From contig JBEGVZ010000037.1 of assembly GCA_041178085.1 (NCBI GenBank), positions 1-64,000 on the forward strand: a stretch of 64,000 nt of DNA. Reading direction: 5' to 3'. The position numbers and the translations under genes are program-made. Positions 1 through 9,991 of the stretch are shown here, piece after piece. The first letter of the stretch is position 1; each line of letters opens with the position of its first letter. The stretch is from Pseudomonadota bacterium. Lineage in GTDB: Bacteria; Bdellovibrionota_B; Oligoflexia; Oligoflexales; RGVZ01. Below the pieces are notes generated by a model that saw only the letters and a list, made by a program, of their open reading frames with translations, was not told the origin of the DNA and did no database searches.

Positions 1-237
1 GCCGATGGCACCATCGAGACCACCTACAGCAACCTGAAGACCACCATTGCCAGCAACGAATGCTCGCTGGCAAGCGGTTCAGCCTCAATTGTCTTCAAAG
101 ATGCTACGGGTGCAACCGTGAAGACCTACACTTTGTCCGTTGATGCGGAAGGAGAGCCGCAACTCGTCGACAGCGAAAACCAGCCAGTCGAAGGCTTCTC
201 GCTGGAAGGTTGCGACCCGGAAGACCTGAAACTCTAG
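1..237 (+). CDS. 3' end of a hypothetical protein (partial; begins before the window)
   Basis: Frame 1 is open from base 1 to TAG at 235-237 (ADGTIETTYSNLK...GCDPEDLKL) and converges on the gene ending at 240. Confidence 0.65.
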   Translation, partial: ADGTIETTYSNLKTTIASNECSLASGSASIVFKDATGATVKTYTLSVDAEGEPQLVDSENQPVEGFSLEGCDPEDLKL

Positions 238-239
238 AT

Positions 240-1532
240 TTATTGCAGCTGCAAGCCACCGCGCGTGGCCATCACAAATTTCACCAGGGCGTCGATCAAC
301 TCGTCCGCGTTCTCGCGGACGAGGTCCTGCGTCTTAAAGTTATTGATGCGGTTCATGACGAAGTCGTAAAGATCGACCCGTGCCTCGAGCTTCATCAAAT
401 CTTCGATCCTGGTCACAAGCTCGGGACTTTGCTCACGCATTGCAGCCACCACCTTCTTGGTTAACGCATGCCGCCTTGCCTTGTTACGCCCATCCAGCCC
501 AGACCCCTGGGTACCGACGCCAAAAAATCCGGTGAGTCGGTCACGGGGCGGGAGCTCTCCCGAGGACACCAGTTCGCGCGAGTTGGTCTGGTTGTCCGAT
601 CCGCTGCGAGGATCCAGCGTCAAGCCTTGATCCTGCGCGCTATAAGCAGCCAGCATTGTGATTTCCGTCAGGGCATTTTCCCACTCGTACATCTTCAAGC
701 CGGTCATCAGGTGACGATCAAGCTCCGCCATGTAGATCGCCATGAAGTCGCTCATCACGGTCTGCCCGGCGGGGGAAAGATCTTTCAGGCCAGAGGCATC
801 AGACTTGAGCAGGATCTGAAAAAGTACCGAATAAAATTTTGCCAGTTCCCGGTCACTCGCCTCGTAAGCATAAACAGCAAGCCCCCGCAGATAATCATTG
901 TCTGATGGGTCATAAGCGTTGCGTTCGATGCTTGCACCGTAGCTTCGCCCTGTCTTCCGGCTGGTCTTGTCAGCTTCCAGGTCAGCACCTCCGCTACCAG
1001 GCGCGTAACCGTAGTTGTAGCAATAGTTCTCATCATCCAGACGGACCAAAACACCTTTACCACTTGCAATCGCTATCACTGGCACAAGAGCCCCGGCCAG
1101 GCGAGACAGCTGCTGCGGGTCATTTGTCTTGGCCAGCTTTTGCGATTTAAGAGCCCCGATCACACGGCCGTACATACTGCTCACCGGAATCGTTTGGCCA
1201 GCCAGCGAACCAACCAGGGCATCCAGACCGTCAGCACCGTCCACAAAGCGTGACTCAAGTTTGCGTAGATGGGCAAAATTCCCGGCCCGTTTACGGAACG
1301 TAACCGCACTCACGACCCTCACTGGCTCACCATGGTCGCGGTCAAGAGCCGCCTTGATACCAGACTTCGGACTGGCCATGAGTTCGAAGAAAGTCATTTC
1401 GCCTTGCGAATCAGAAAGGTCATACGAAGCGGAGACCTTCAGGGGCGGATCGGCGGCAAGAGCGGGAGGCAATCCAGAAACTGCGACAAAGAGAGAAAAC
1501 GCCAGACTTGCCAAATTTTTCCAGGATTTCAT
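240..1532 (-). CDS. Hypothetical secreted protein, 430 aa
   Basis: Long ORF with Sec signal peptide (MKSWKNLASLAFSLFVAVSGLPPALA|AD); no family recognised. Confidence 0.75.
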   Translation of the reverse strand: MKSWKNLASLAFSLFVAVSGLPPALAADPPLKVSASYDLSDSQGEMTFFELMASPKSGIKAALDRDHGEPVRVVSAVTFRKRAGNFAHLRKLESRFVDGADGLDALVGSLAGQTIPVSSMYGRVIGALKSQKLAKTNDPQQLSRLAGALVPVIAIASGKGVLVRLDDENYCYNYGYAPGSGGADLEADKTSRKTGRSYGASIERNAYDPSDNDYLRGLAVYAYEASDRELAKFYSVLFQILLKSDASGLKDLSPAGQTVMSDFMAIYMAELDRHLMTGLKMYEWENALTEITMLAAYSAQDQGLTLDPRSGSDNQTNSRELVSSGELPPRDRLTGFFGVGTQGSGLDGRNKARRHALTKKVVAAMREQSPELVTRIEDLMKLEARVDLYDFVMNRINNFKTQDLVRENADELIDALVKFVMATRGGLQLQ

Positions 1533-1568
1533 GCTTCACCCGTCAAAAATTTATTAAAAATCGGAGTT

Positions 1569-1608
1569 CTACTATTAGGTTTCTAATAAAAATTCAATAT
1601 TTTAATAG
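1569..1608 (-). promoter_or_regulatory. AT-rich sigma70-like promoter with palindromic operator
   Basis: Minus strand TTGAAT-N17-TAGTAG; perfect palindrome TATTAG-GTTT-CTAATA at 1573-1588. Confidence 0.45.
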
Positions 1609-1719
1609 GAAGCCACAACTGAAATGACTGTCAAATCCTGCCCAAAACGGTCATGATGAGACCCAGCGAAGCAGCTGATTTGGCAGACTTTTTTGTTATT
1701 TTCATCCGCAGGTCCGAGC

Positions 1720-3183
1720 ATGAACTCATCGTCCGCCCCGCAGATATTTGTCACCAACACCCTGACCCGTCGCAAAGAACCTCTTGTTCCCCTTAAGCCG
1801 GGTAGCAACGAGATCGGGATGTACGCATGCGGGGTCACTGTTTACGACGACTGCCATATCGGCCACGCCATGCAGGCCATCTTTTTTGACGTGATCCGGC
1901 GATACCTTGAGTTTGCAGGCTTCAAGGTGAACTACGTGCGCAACTTCACCGACGTCGACGATAAAATCATCGACCGCGCGCGACAACGCGGAATGTCCCC
2001 GGCCAAACTAGCACAGGACATGATTGACTCATCGGATCGCGACATGAAAGCCATCGGCGTGCGCCCGGCAGATCACCAACCGCGAGTGTCTGAGATGATC
2101 CCGGAGATCATCGCAATGATCGAACAACTTATCGCCAATGGCGCAGCCTATGCGACGCCAGGGGGCGACGTTTACTACCGCGTCCGTCGCAAAGCTGATT
2201 ACGGGAAGCTCTCGGGACGAAATCCTGACGAACTCCGCAGCGGCACGCGCGACCTCGTCCAGGGCGACAAGGAAGATCCGCTCGATTTCGCGCTGTGGAA
2301 GAAGGACGACGTCCAGGACGCCAGCTGGGACAGCCCTTGGAGTCGCGGACGTCCGGGCTGGCATATTGAGTGCAGCGCCATGAGCAAAGCGTACCTTGGG
2401 AACTCGTTCGAAATCCACGGTGGCGGACGCGACCTCGTTTTTCCGCATCATGAAAACGAGATCGCCCAGTCGGAAAGCGCCAACAACGCCCCTTATGCCT
2501 CCTGCTGGATGCACTGCGGGCTTTTGACGATCGAAAAGCAGAAGATGTCGAAAAGCCTGGGCAACCACATCACAATCCAGGACTTCCTGAAGTCGTGGAC
2601 ACCCGAAGTCCTGCGTTTTGGCATCTTGCAGTACCACTACTCATCCAACGTCGATTTCTCCAAGGCAGTCTTCGCCAACTGCCACCGCCGACTGCTCTAT
2701 TTCTACGAAACACTCGACTTGCTTGCGCAAATGGCGCCGGAACGCAGTCCGGCGCCTGCCGACCATTGGCTCCTTGCCGAGTTCAACAAATCCATGGCTG
2801 ATGACTTCAACACGGCCGCAGCTCTGGCTGCCCTGAGCAAGGCGATGAAATCCGGCCGCGAGTTGGCGGCTGGCAAGAAATCTGCCCCGAAGCTGGTCGA
2901 AGCTGCCCAATTGAGGGATGCAATCCTGAAAGTTGGTGGTGTCCTTGGCCTGTTCGACGCAGAACCCATAGCGGCCACGCGCGACCTGAAGATGCGCCTG
3001 CTGCCTGAACTAGGCATCACAGAGGCTGAAATCCTGTCGGCCATAAAACGCCGGGCTGATGCGCGGGCAGCGAAGGATTTCGCTGCCGCCGACGCCGCGC
3101 GCAACGAGCTCCTTGCACGCGGGATTGAACTTCGCGACGGGACGGCTGGCACGGACTGGAGCATACGGTACACGGAGTCCTGA
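1720..3183 (+). CDS. cysS: Cysteine--tRNA ligase
   Basis: YACGVTVYDDCHIGH, GRPGWHIECSAM, HGGGRDLVFPHHENE and KMSKS motifs; ATG at 1720 preferred. Confidence 0.97.
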   Translation: MNSSSAPQIFVTNTLTRRKEPLVPLKPGSNEIGMYACGVTVYDDCHIGHAMQAIFFDVIRRYLEFAGFKVNYVRNFTDVDDKIIDRARQRGMSPAKLAQDMIDSSDRDMKAIGVRPADHQPRVSEMIPEIIAMIEQLIANGAAYATPGGDVYYRVRRKADYGKLSGRNPDELRSGTRDLVQGDKEDPLDFALWKKDDVQDASWDSPWSRGRPGWHIECSAMSKAYLGNSFEIHGGGRDLVFPHHENEIAQSESANNAPYASCWMHCGLLTIEKQKMSKSLGNHITIQDFLKSWTPEVLRFGILQYHYSSNVDFSKAVFANCHRRLLYFYETLDLLAQMAPERSPAPADHWLLAEFNKSMADDFNTAAALAALSKAMKSGRELAAGKKSAPKLVEAAQLRDAILKVGGVLGLFDAEPIAATRDLKMRLLPELGITEAEILSAIKRRADARAAKDFAAADAARNELLARGIELRDGTAGTDWSIRYTES

Positions 3184-3185
3184 AA

Positions 3186-4427
3186 ATGTCGTCAGAAGTC
3201 CTGGTCACAAACATTGGCGAACTGCTGACACTGGCGCCGCTGGCGAAAGCAAAACGTGCCAACCACATCCAGCGAGAAGATCTTGGCCTGCTCAAAAATG
3301 CCTGGCTCCTGGCAAGGAACGGCAACGTGGTCGAGACGGGCACGGGCAAGTCTCCCACTCCTTCCCAAGGCGCCACCATCTGTGACGCAGGCGGACGCCT
3401 GGTCATGCCTGGACTGATTGATTGCCATACCCACCCTGTCTTTGCCGGCAACCGCGCGCGCGAATTCAGCATGCGGCTGGAAGGCAAAACCTACCAGGAG
3501 ATCGCCGCTGCTGGAGGAGGAATCAAGGCAAGCACTGGCGCAACCCGCAATGCAACCGAGGAAGCGCTGCTTGCGGATACCATGACGCGCCTTGATACTT
3601 TTCTGCGCCACGGAGTCACTACCGTTGAAGCCAAGTCAGGCTATGGACTTTCTGTCGAATCTGAATTGAAGCAACTGCGTGTGCTACGGTCTGCCGCGCA
3701 GAAGACGCGTCAACATGTCACCGTGACCTGCCTGGCCCTTCATGCGGTCCCACCAGAGCACAAGACTGCCGCGACGTGGGCCACGGAGGCTGCTGAAAAG
3801 CTCTTGCCAGTCGTCGCCCGCGAAAAGCTTGCTGATTGCGTCGATGCCTTTGTCGAAAACGGTTATTTCTCTGCCACGGAGGCCCGTCCGTACCTGGATG
3901 CGGCGCGCCGACTCGGACTGCGGATCCGGTTGCATGCTGATGAATTCAGCGAATCAGGCTGCGCGCAGCTTGCCGCCGAATATGAGGCAGAAAGCGCAGA
4001 TCATTTGCAGTTTGCCAGCGACGCAGGGGTCAAAGCGATGGCTGCAAAAGGTGTGTGTGCTGTGCTTTTGCCGGGCACATCAGTGTACTCAAACATCCCT
4101 TACACGAACGGACGCAGGTTCATTGATGCCGGCTGTCCCGTAGCGGTCGCGACGGACTTCAACCCGGGTTCTTGCGTCGCCGACAACCTGCCGATGATCG
4201 CCACCATCGCCGCACTGCACTGCAAACTCAGGCCCGCCGAAGCAATCGCCGCTGTCACATGGGCGGCTGCTTATGCGCTGCGCTTACATGACAAAAAAGG
4301 TGCGCTGCACAACGGCTACGACGCTGACTTCCTGGTCTTGCCAATGGCGACACACGAGGAATGGCTGGCTGACCTTGGACGCAATTCACCAAAACAAGTC
4401 TGGATAAAAGGACAAAGAGTCATATGA
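3186..4427 (+). CDS. hutI: Imidazolonepropionase
   Basis: PGLIDCHTH, YQEIAAAGGGI, EAKSGYGL, HADE and ATDFNPGS motifs. Confidence 0.93.
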   Translation: MSSEVLVTNIGELLTLAPLAKAKRANHIQREDLGLLKNAWLLARNGNVVETGTGKSPTPSQGATICDAGGRLVMPGLIDCHTHPVFAGNRAREFSMRLEGKTYQEIAAAGGGIKASTGATRNATEEALLADTMTRLDTFLRHGVTTVEAKSGYGLSVESELKQLRVLRSAAQKTRQHVTVTCLALHAVPPEHKTAATWATEAAEKLLPVVAREKLADCVDAFVENGYFSATEARPYLDAARRLGLRIRLHADEFSESGCAQLAAEYEAESADHLQFASDAGVKAMAAKGVCAVLLPGTSVYSNIPYTNGRRFIDAGCPVAVATDFNPGSCVADNLPMIATIAALHCKLRPAEAIAAVTWAAAYALRLHDKKGALHNGYDADFLVLPMATHEEWLADLGRNSPKQVWIKGQRVI

Positions 4428-5812
4428 AAATTGCACTTATTGGAGCCACGGGTTTCATCGGACAGGAACTGGGAATCGCCCTCGTCCGCGGCGGTCACGA
4501 AGTGACCGCACTGGTCCGAAATCCCGACAAGGCGAAACTTCAGCTGCCATACCCCTGCAAGGTGCGGCGCTTTGATCCTGACAGCCAAGACGAAATCACG
4601 GCCAACCTGGATGGGATGGACGCAGTCATCAACCTGGCCGGAGAAGGGATCCAGGAAAAGCCATGGACCCAGCAGCGCATACGCGAGCTTTACGACAGCC
4701 GCACGCGCCCAACGATTGCAATCATCCGCGCGCTCAACAACCTGAAACTCAACGGCAAGGCGCCCGGAGTGCTGGTTAACGCATCGGCAATTGGTTTCTA
4801 CGGGGACCGCGGAGACGAGTCACTGGATGAACAATCTGCTCCCGGCACGGGCCTTCTAACGGAAATCTGTCAAGAATGGGAAACTTGCACGCAGAAGGAT
4901 TTTCCGGCCGAAGTCAGGCTGGTGATCCTGCGCATTGGAGTTGTCCTTGGCAAGGGCGGCGGAATGCTGGGCAAGGTGTTACCGATCTTCCGCAGCGGTG
5001 CCGCAGGGAATCTTGGCTCCGGTCGTCAATGGTTATCGTGGATCCACATCGATGACATGATCCGCATGATCATGTGGTCGATCACCACCACAAAGGCGTC
5101 CGGAACATACAACGCCACCGCACCAGAACCAGCAACCAATGCCGCGTTCACTCATGAACTGGCAAGACTGGTTAAACGTCCCGTATTCATGCCGGCACCT
5201 GAAGTAGCTCTCAAAGTTGCACTGGGATCACGCGCCGCGCTCGTCCTCGGCAGCCAGAAAGTCTTCCCGCGTCGCGCCATAACCCAGGGGTTCAGCTTCA
5301 AATTCAACACGGTCAAGGAAGCCCTGCAAAACCTTTGCAGCGACGACATTGAACGTGGCGTCAGCGAAATCCTGGTCCGGCAATGGCTGCCACGCCCGTT
5401 GGCAGAAGTATTTCCGTTTTTTCAGAACGAGAAAAACCTTGAAATTCTTACCCCGCCCTTCCTGAACTTTCACGTGGTAGGCAAGACCACCCGACAGATC
5501 GAGAAAGGAACCTTGATCGACTACAAGCTTAAGTTGCACGGCCTGCCGATTCGTTGGCGCACCGAAATCCTCAGCTGGCAGCCGCCGAAAAAGTTTGTCG
5601 ACAACCAGATCAAGGGGCCGTACGCCTTGTGGCACCATACCCACGAATTCGAAGAACTGGGCGGCGGGACTCTGATGACGGACCGCGTTCAATACCGTGT
5701 GCCAATGGGACTATTGGGTAAACTGACCGCAGGTCCGTTTGTCGATGGCGACGTCTCGCGAATCTTTGAGTTCCGCAAGCAGAAGGCCAGGGAACTCTTC
5801 GGAGGCAATTGA
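4424..5812 (+). CDS. TIGR01777 (YfcH-like) NAD-dependent epimerase fused to a C-terminal SRPBCC domain
   Basis: GATGFIG, INLAGE, SAIGFYG and SWIHIDD; C-terminal FVDNQIKGPYALWHHTHEF; ATGA overlap with hutI. Confidence 0.88.
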   Translation: MKIALIGATGFIGQELGIALVRGGHEVTALVRNPDKAKLQLPYPCKVRRFDPDSQDEITANLDGMDAVINLAGEGIQEKPWTQQRIRELYDSRTRPTIAIIRALNNLKLNGKAPGVLVNASAIGFYGDRGDESLDEQSAPGTGLLTEICQEWETCTQKDFPAEVRLVILRIGVVLGKGGGMLGKVLPIFRSGAAGNLGSGRQWLSWIHIDDMIRMIMWSITTTKASGTYNATAPEPATNAAFTHELARLVKRPVFMPAPEVALKVALGSRAALVLGSQKVFPRRAITQGFSFKFNTVKEALQNLCSDDIERGVSEILVRQWLPRPLAEVFPFFQNEKNLEILTPPFLNFHVVGKTTRQIEKGTLIDYKLKLHGLPIRWRTEILSWQPPKKFVDNQIKGPYALWHHTHEFEELGGGTLMTDRVQYRVPMGLLGKLTAGPFVDGDVSRIFEFRKQKARELFGGN

Positions 5813-5823
5813 AACAGCCTGGT

Positions 5824-6594
5824 CTAAGGCAGTTTTTTTCCCGTCATCAACTGGAACAACCCAGCATACTCTGATTCGTCCGGATACGTGGACTCCGCAG
5901 CCGGGGTGTATCCGGGACGATCACTGTGGCTGACCGGGGCGACCGTATGGTCTTTGCGATAAGCCAGCTGTTCCAGACTTGCTGCGCGGTACCCAAGAAG
6001 GTTGCCATTGGTGTCAAAGTGGGGACGCGGGTACCAGACCATCAGAATGAACGCTGCGGTCTCCGACCACGCCTCTTCCATGGCAAGCCGCGGATCACGC
6101 GGATGTGCCGCGCGATACTTGTTGAGTAACGCAGCATTACCGGGAAAACGGTCGCGCCAGGCAGAGTAACTGGCGGACTTCATGAATACGTTGCCCCACC
6201 AAGCATGGAACAATTCGTTGTAAAAGAGACTCCAGTCAGAAGCAGTCCACATGGAAAGTGGCTGACCAACCGAAGGATGATAAATTGTGCCGCCGGTGAA
6301 AATACCTGGATAATAAGACGGTCCGCCCGATGTGCTTTTGACTGCAATCCACGCACCATTTGCAATGAGTTCATCAAAAAATGGCGTCGGCAGGCCTTTG
6401 GCAGATGCCGCCACGCGGTATGGTTCAAGGGCACTGCCCGCCACTGCGAACTCAATTTCCCCTGCTCCGCTGGCTTCCATTGCCCGGGCGTCGGCCGGGT
6501 GGCTGAAGTCACCACAAGCAGAAACGAGTGACATCGCGCTGATCAGCAGCGCCGTTAACGTGAAAGGCACGTTTGATTTACGGACGCTCTGCAT
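5824..6594 (-). CDS. Hypothetical lipoprotein with degenerate zincin-like motif (NELFH...EE)
   Basis: Lipobox LVSAC; GGGGAG RBS before ATG at 6594. Confidence 0.7.
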   Translation of the reverse strand: MQSVRKSNVPFTLTALLISAMSLVSACGDFSHPADARAMEASGAGEIEFAVAGSALEPYRVAASAKGLPTPFFDELIANGAWIAVKSTSGGPSYYPGIFTGGTIYHPSVGQPLSMWTASDWSLFYNELFHAWWGNVFMKSASYSAWRDRFPGNAALLNKYRAAHPRDPRLAMEEAWSETAAFILMVWYPRPHFDTNGNLLGYRAASLEQLAYRKDHTVAPVSHSDRPGYTPAAESTYPDESEYAGLFQLMTGKKLP

Positions 6595-6648
6595 GGTGTG
6601 TCTCCCCTTCAAATCTTGGATAATCCCGGCCAGAGGCGCCCGGAAAAT

Positions 6649-6664
6649 AGCACTACCTTGGCCA
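6649..6664 (-). promoter_or_regulatory. sigma54-type -24/-12 promoter
   Basis: Minus strand TGGCCAAGGTAGTGCT (GG-N10-GC), about 55 bp upstream of the 6594 start. Confidence 0.45.
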
Positions 6665-6768
6665 GTTGGCCAGCATCTTGATCAGGACGCGCCGACAAAT
6701 CGGTCAAGCTACTAATTTCACTGGGCTACGTGCTATCCTGAATGACAACAAAACACGAGGATCAGACC

Positions 6769-7548
6769 ATGCGTCGTCTCATTTTCAGGGGTCTCTGGGT
6801 TTTTTCTTTCTTCTTTACCCAAGCCTGCACGACTGCAAGTTTCCGCATACCCAACAACCGTTTCATGTCCCCAGAGAACAGCGGTGAACTCGGTGACGGT
6901 TTTGTGGCTGCAGGTTATGGCAGCAAGACCAACGTCATCGTTGCCCACGGGGAATTGAATACGGCTGAGGAGATCAAAGACTCGGCAGAGGTAAGAAACG
7001 ACGATGGTATCTACCTTCAAGCCGCCGCAGGACTCCATCCCGTCGCAGAAGTTTTTTTCAACAACGGAGCTTTGGGAGCAAAATTCCAGTTTGTCGGTGA
7101 ACCCGCATCCAAGGCAGAGGCCGGGAATTTTTCTTTATCTCTGGGACTTGCCTATGATGCAGGGTCCAACTCGTCGTCTTCGTCCTTTGCCGGCGACTTG
7201 ACGTACACATTGAAGACAGAGGCTGAATTTACTGGGCTCGATACGATGCTGCTGGGTGGCTATCGCATCACCCGCGGTCAACTGCTCTACGCCAACATCG
7301 CCAGCGCCACCTATGAAGCCAAAGGATCGATCACGAAGGAATACACATCAAGTGCGGCCATCGGCACCGCAGAAAAGACCACAATCCCGGCCAGAACCGT
7401 GCGTTCAACAACCTTGCTTCTGGGCTGGCAGGCACTCAACGATCAAGCGTACGTCATGGTCGAAGGTGGCTACAGTTTTGCCGCCATGGAAGAGGCAAAC
7501 AAAAAGGACCGGCTCGTGCTGGGGAGTACCCTCGGTATCCGGTGGTGA
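6769..7548 (+). CDS. Hypothetical lipoprotein / outer-membrane beta-barrel
   Basis: Lipobox-like TQAC, alternating beta-strand pattern, C-terminal LGIRW. Confidence 0.7.
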   Translation: MRRLIFRGLWVFSFFFTQACTTASFRIPNNRFMSPENSGELGDGFVAAGYGSKTNVIVAHGELNTAEEIKDSAEVRNDDGIYLQAAAGLHPVAEVFFNNGALGAKFQFVGEPASKAEAGNFSLSLGLAYDAGSNSSSSSFAGDLTYTLKTEAEFTGLDTMLLGGYRITRGQLLYANIASATYEAKGSITKEYTSSAAIGTAEKTTIPARTVRSTTLLLGWQALNDQAYVMVEGGYSFAAMEEANKKDRLVLGSTLGIRW

Positions 7549-7579
7549 TCCCGAACCACGATTCTGAAATCCGGCAAAT

Positions 7580-7617
7580 AAAAAACCGGGACCATTGCTG
7601 GTCCCGGTTCTTTTTTT
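7580..7617. terminator. Bidirectional rho-independent terminator
   Basis: AAAAAACCGGGACCA-TTGC-TGGTCCCGGTTCTTTTTTT between convergent genes. Confidence 0.85.
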
Positions 7618-7631
7618 ACGACAAGAGCTGA

Positions 7632-7913
7632 CTAGAAACGGCGCGGGCCGCGGTTCTCACGAGGAGCCTGCGGACGTGCTTCGTTGACCGTCAAGCGACG
7701 GCCTTCGTACTGCGAACCGTTGTAGCGATTGATTGCGGATTCTGCATCTGCATCGTTCGCCATTTCAACAAACCCGAAGCCTTTGCTGCGGCCTGTGTCG
7801 CGATCCATGATAATGGTGGCACTGTCAACGTCACCGATTTGTGCGAACAAGTCGCGCAGTTTGTCGTCGGTGGTGCTGTACGGAAGGCCGCCAACATAAA
7901 GCTTCTTACCCAT
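7632..7913 (-). CDS. RNA-binding protein (RRM/RNP-1)
   Basis: RNP2 LYVGGL, RNP1 KGFGFVEM, VNEARP; GGAGAA RBS. Confidence 0.95.
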   Translation of the reverse strand: MGKKLYVGGLPYSTTDDKLRDLFAQIGDVDSATIIMDRDTGRSKGFGFVEMANDADAESAINRYNGSQYEGRRLTVNEARPQAPRENRGPRRF

Positions 7914-7996
7914 GAACATCTTCTCCAAAAGATTAAAACTAAACAAAAAACCAATAACGCAGATACACTACCAGACTTCCGGACCGAGGTGTTACC

Positions 7997-9481
7997 TCAT
8001 TTTGACTTCTTGAGTGCTTTTTTCATGGTTTCATAGGCCTCCAAGGCCAACTGCCGCCCCTTTTCAGGGTCAACCACCGGCCGGGGATAGGTCTTGCCAA
8101 GCACCACCCCAGCCCGCTCAAGCTCCGCCGCAGACGCCTTCCAGGGCGCATGCAAGTACTTGGCGGGAAGATTTCGCAGCTCGGGGACCCATTTACGGAT
8201 GTACGCGCCGTCCGGGTCAAAACGCTCACTTTGAAGGACAGGATTGAACACGCGGAAGTACGGAGCCGCGTCAAATCCGCAGCCGGCGGACCACTGCCAA
8301 CCAAGCGTATTATTTGGCAAATCAGCGTCCACCAAGGTGTCCCAGAACCACCGGGCCCCAGCCATCCAGTGAATGCGGAGGTTTTTGACCAGGAACGAAC
8401 CCACCACCATCCGGACCCGGTTGTGCATCCAGCCTGTCCGCCAAAGCTCACGCATCCCGGCATCGACAAGCGGAAACCCGGTCATCCCCTGCTTCCAGGC
8501 CTCAAGGTCTGACTCGGCTGCTTTACCGTCTCGCCAGGGGAACTGCAAAAACTCCTCACGCATCGGCTTGTCGGGTGACTGGGGAAATGCCCAGACCGAG
8601 TGCCGCGCAAACTCCCGCCACCCCAATTGCCGCCGAAACGGCTCAAACCGGGCATCAAACCCGCCCTTGGTCGTGTCATGGAACGCGTGCCAGACCTGCC
8701 TGACCGTCACTTCGCCGAAGTGAAGGTGCGGGGACAGACGGCTCACCCCAGGAATTGCGGGTATGTCCCGGTCCTTGTTGTAACGAGCCGCCCGCTCGTC
8801 GTTAAAAGCCTTTAACCTGGCTTTGGCTCCCCCCTCACCTGGCTCCCACTCCTCGGCAATGGAGAAAGTCCAGCGGGCCCTGGGATCAAGACGCAAGTCC
8901 CGAAGTTCCAGCGACTTGGGCCATTTAGCGGGGGCTGGAATTGTCCGGGGCGCGGCCATGGGCTCAACCGGAGCCCCCATTTTGACCAGACTGCGCCAAA
9001 AAGGGGTGAACACCTTGAACGGCCCCCCGCTACCGGTCTTAACCTCTTCAGGCTCCCGCAGCAGATCTCCCCGGTGGGGCATCGCCTCGCAACCCAGTCC
9101 GGCCAGGGCTTTTGTGACCTTTTCATCGATTGCCACGATGGGCGCCTCATAAATCCGGTGCCACAACACAGCGCGGGCGCCGGATTCCCTGGCAATCGCA
9201 GCCAATTCCTTCACCGGATCACCGTGACGCAACAACAAGCGCGAACCAAGCCCGCGCAAGGTCTTGTCCAGATGATTGAGGCTGTGGTGCAGCCACCAGC
9301 GCTGGGCGCCACCGACAGGCCAAGAGTCCTGCTCATCCTCAAACAGGACATAAACCGGGATCACCGCCTCGAAGTCGCGACAAGCACGGAGCAATGCGTA
9401 ATGGTCCGAAACCCGCAGGTCGCGACGGAACCATAGGATCGCCGTACCCGTCGGGGGCGCAGCTTTTGGCGGAGGATTCAT
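7997..9481 (-). CDS. phrB: Deoxyribodipyrimidine photolyase (class I CPD)
   Basis: WFRRDLR, SRLSPHLHFGE, GWMHNRVRM, WQWSAG and APYFRVFNP. Confidence 0.93.
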   Translation of the reverse strand: MNPPPKAAPPTGTAILWFRRDLRVSDHYALLRACRDFEAVIPVYVLFEDEQDSWPVGGAQRWWLHHSLNHLDKTLRGLGSRLLLRHGDPVKELAAIARESGARAVLWHRIYEAPIVAIDEKVTKALAGLGCEAMPHRGDLLREPEEVKTGSGGPFKVFTPFWRSLVKMGAPVEPMAAPRTIPAPAKWPKSLELRDLRLDPRARWTFSIAEEWEPGEGGAKARLKAFNDERAARYNKDRDIPAIPGVSRLSPHLHFGEVTVRQVWHAFHDTTKGGFDARFEPFRRQLGWREFARHSVWAFPQSPDKPMREEFLQFPWRDGKAAESDLEAWKQGMTGFPLVDAGMRELWRTGWMHNRVRMVVGSFLVKNLRIHWMAGARWFWDTLVDADLPNNTLGWQWSAGCGFDAAPYFRVFNPVLQSERFDPDGAYIRKWVPELRNLPAKYLHAPWKASAAELERAGVVLGKTYPRPVVDPEKGRQLALEAYETMKKALKKSK

Positions 9482-9489
9482 GGACAAAC

Positions 9490-9966
9490 TCAGTAGTGGA
9501 TGCTGGTGATGGTGTATTCAACCGAACCCTTGGGGGCGTGGACCTCGATCAGGTCATCGACGCGCTTTCCGACCAGGGCACGAGCCAGTGGCGAACTAAG
9601 CGAAATACGATTTTCGCGGATGTCAGCTTCGATATCGCCCACGATCTGGTACGTCTTCTGCTCGCCCGACTCTTCGTCACAAAGTGTGACAAAAGCGCCA
9701 AAGCGAACCTGGTTTTGGTCACCCTCAGACGGGTCAATCACCTGAGCACGGGACAACTTGTCCTCCAGCTCGGCGATGCGGCCTTCGATGAAACCCTGGC
9801 GCTCCCGCGCGGCGGAATACTCTGCATTTTCAGAAAGGTCACCGTGAGAACGCGCCTCGGCGATATCCTGGATGACTCGTGGACGTTCCTCGGACTTGAG
9901 CCGCTGAAGCTCAGCTTGCAGCTGTTCAAAGCCGCGCTTCGTGAAAGGGATCGATTCTTTCGACAT
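9490..9966 (-). CDS. greA: Transcription elongation factor GreA
   Basis: [31 protein letters not shown]. Confidence 0.96.
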   Translation of the reverse strand: MSKESIPFTKRGFEQLQAELQRLKSEERPRVIQDIAEARSHGDLSENAEYSAARERQGFIEGRIAELEDKLSRAQVIDPSEGDQNQVRFGAFVTLCDEESGEQKTYQIVGDIEADIRENRISLSSPLARALVGKRVDDLIEVHAPKGSVEYTITSIHY

Positions 9967-9991
9967 GGTCTCCTCCAGCCCCTGTTCTATA

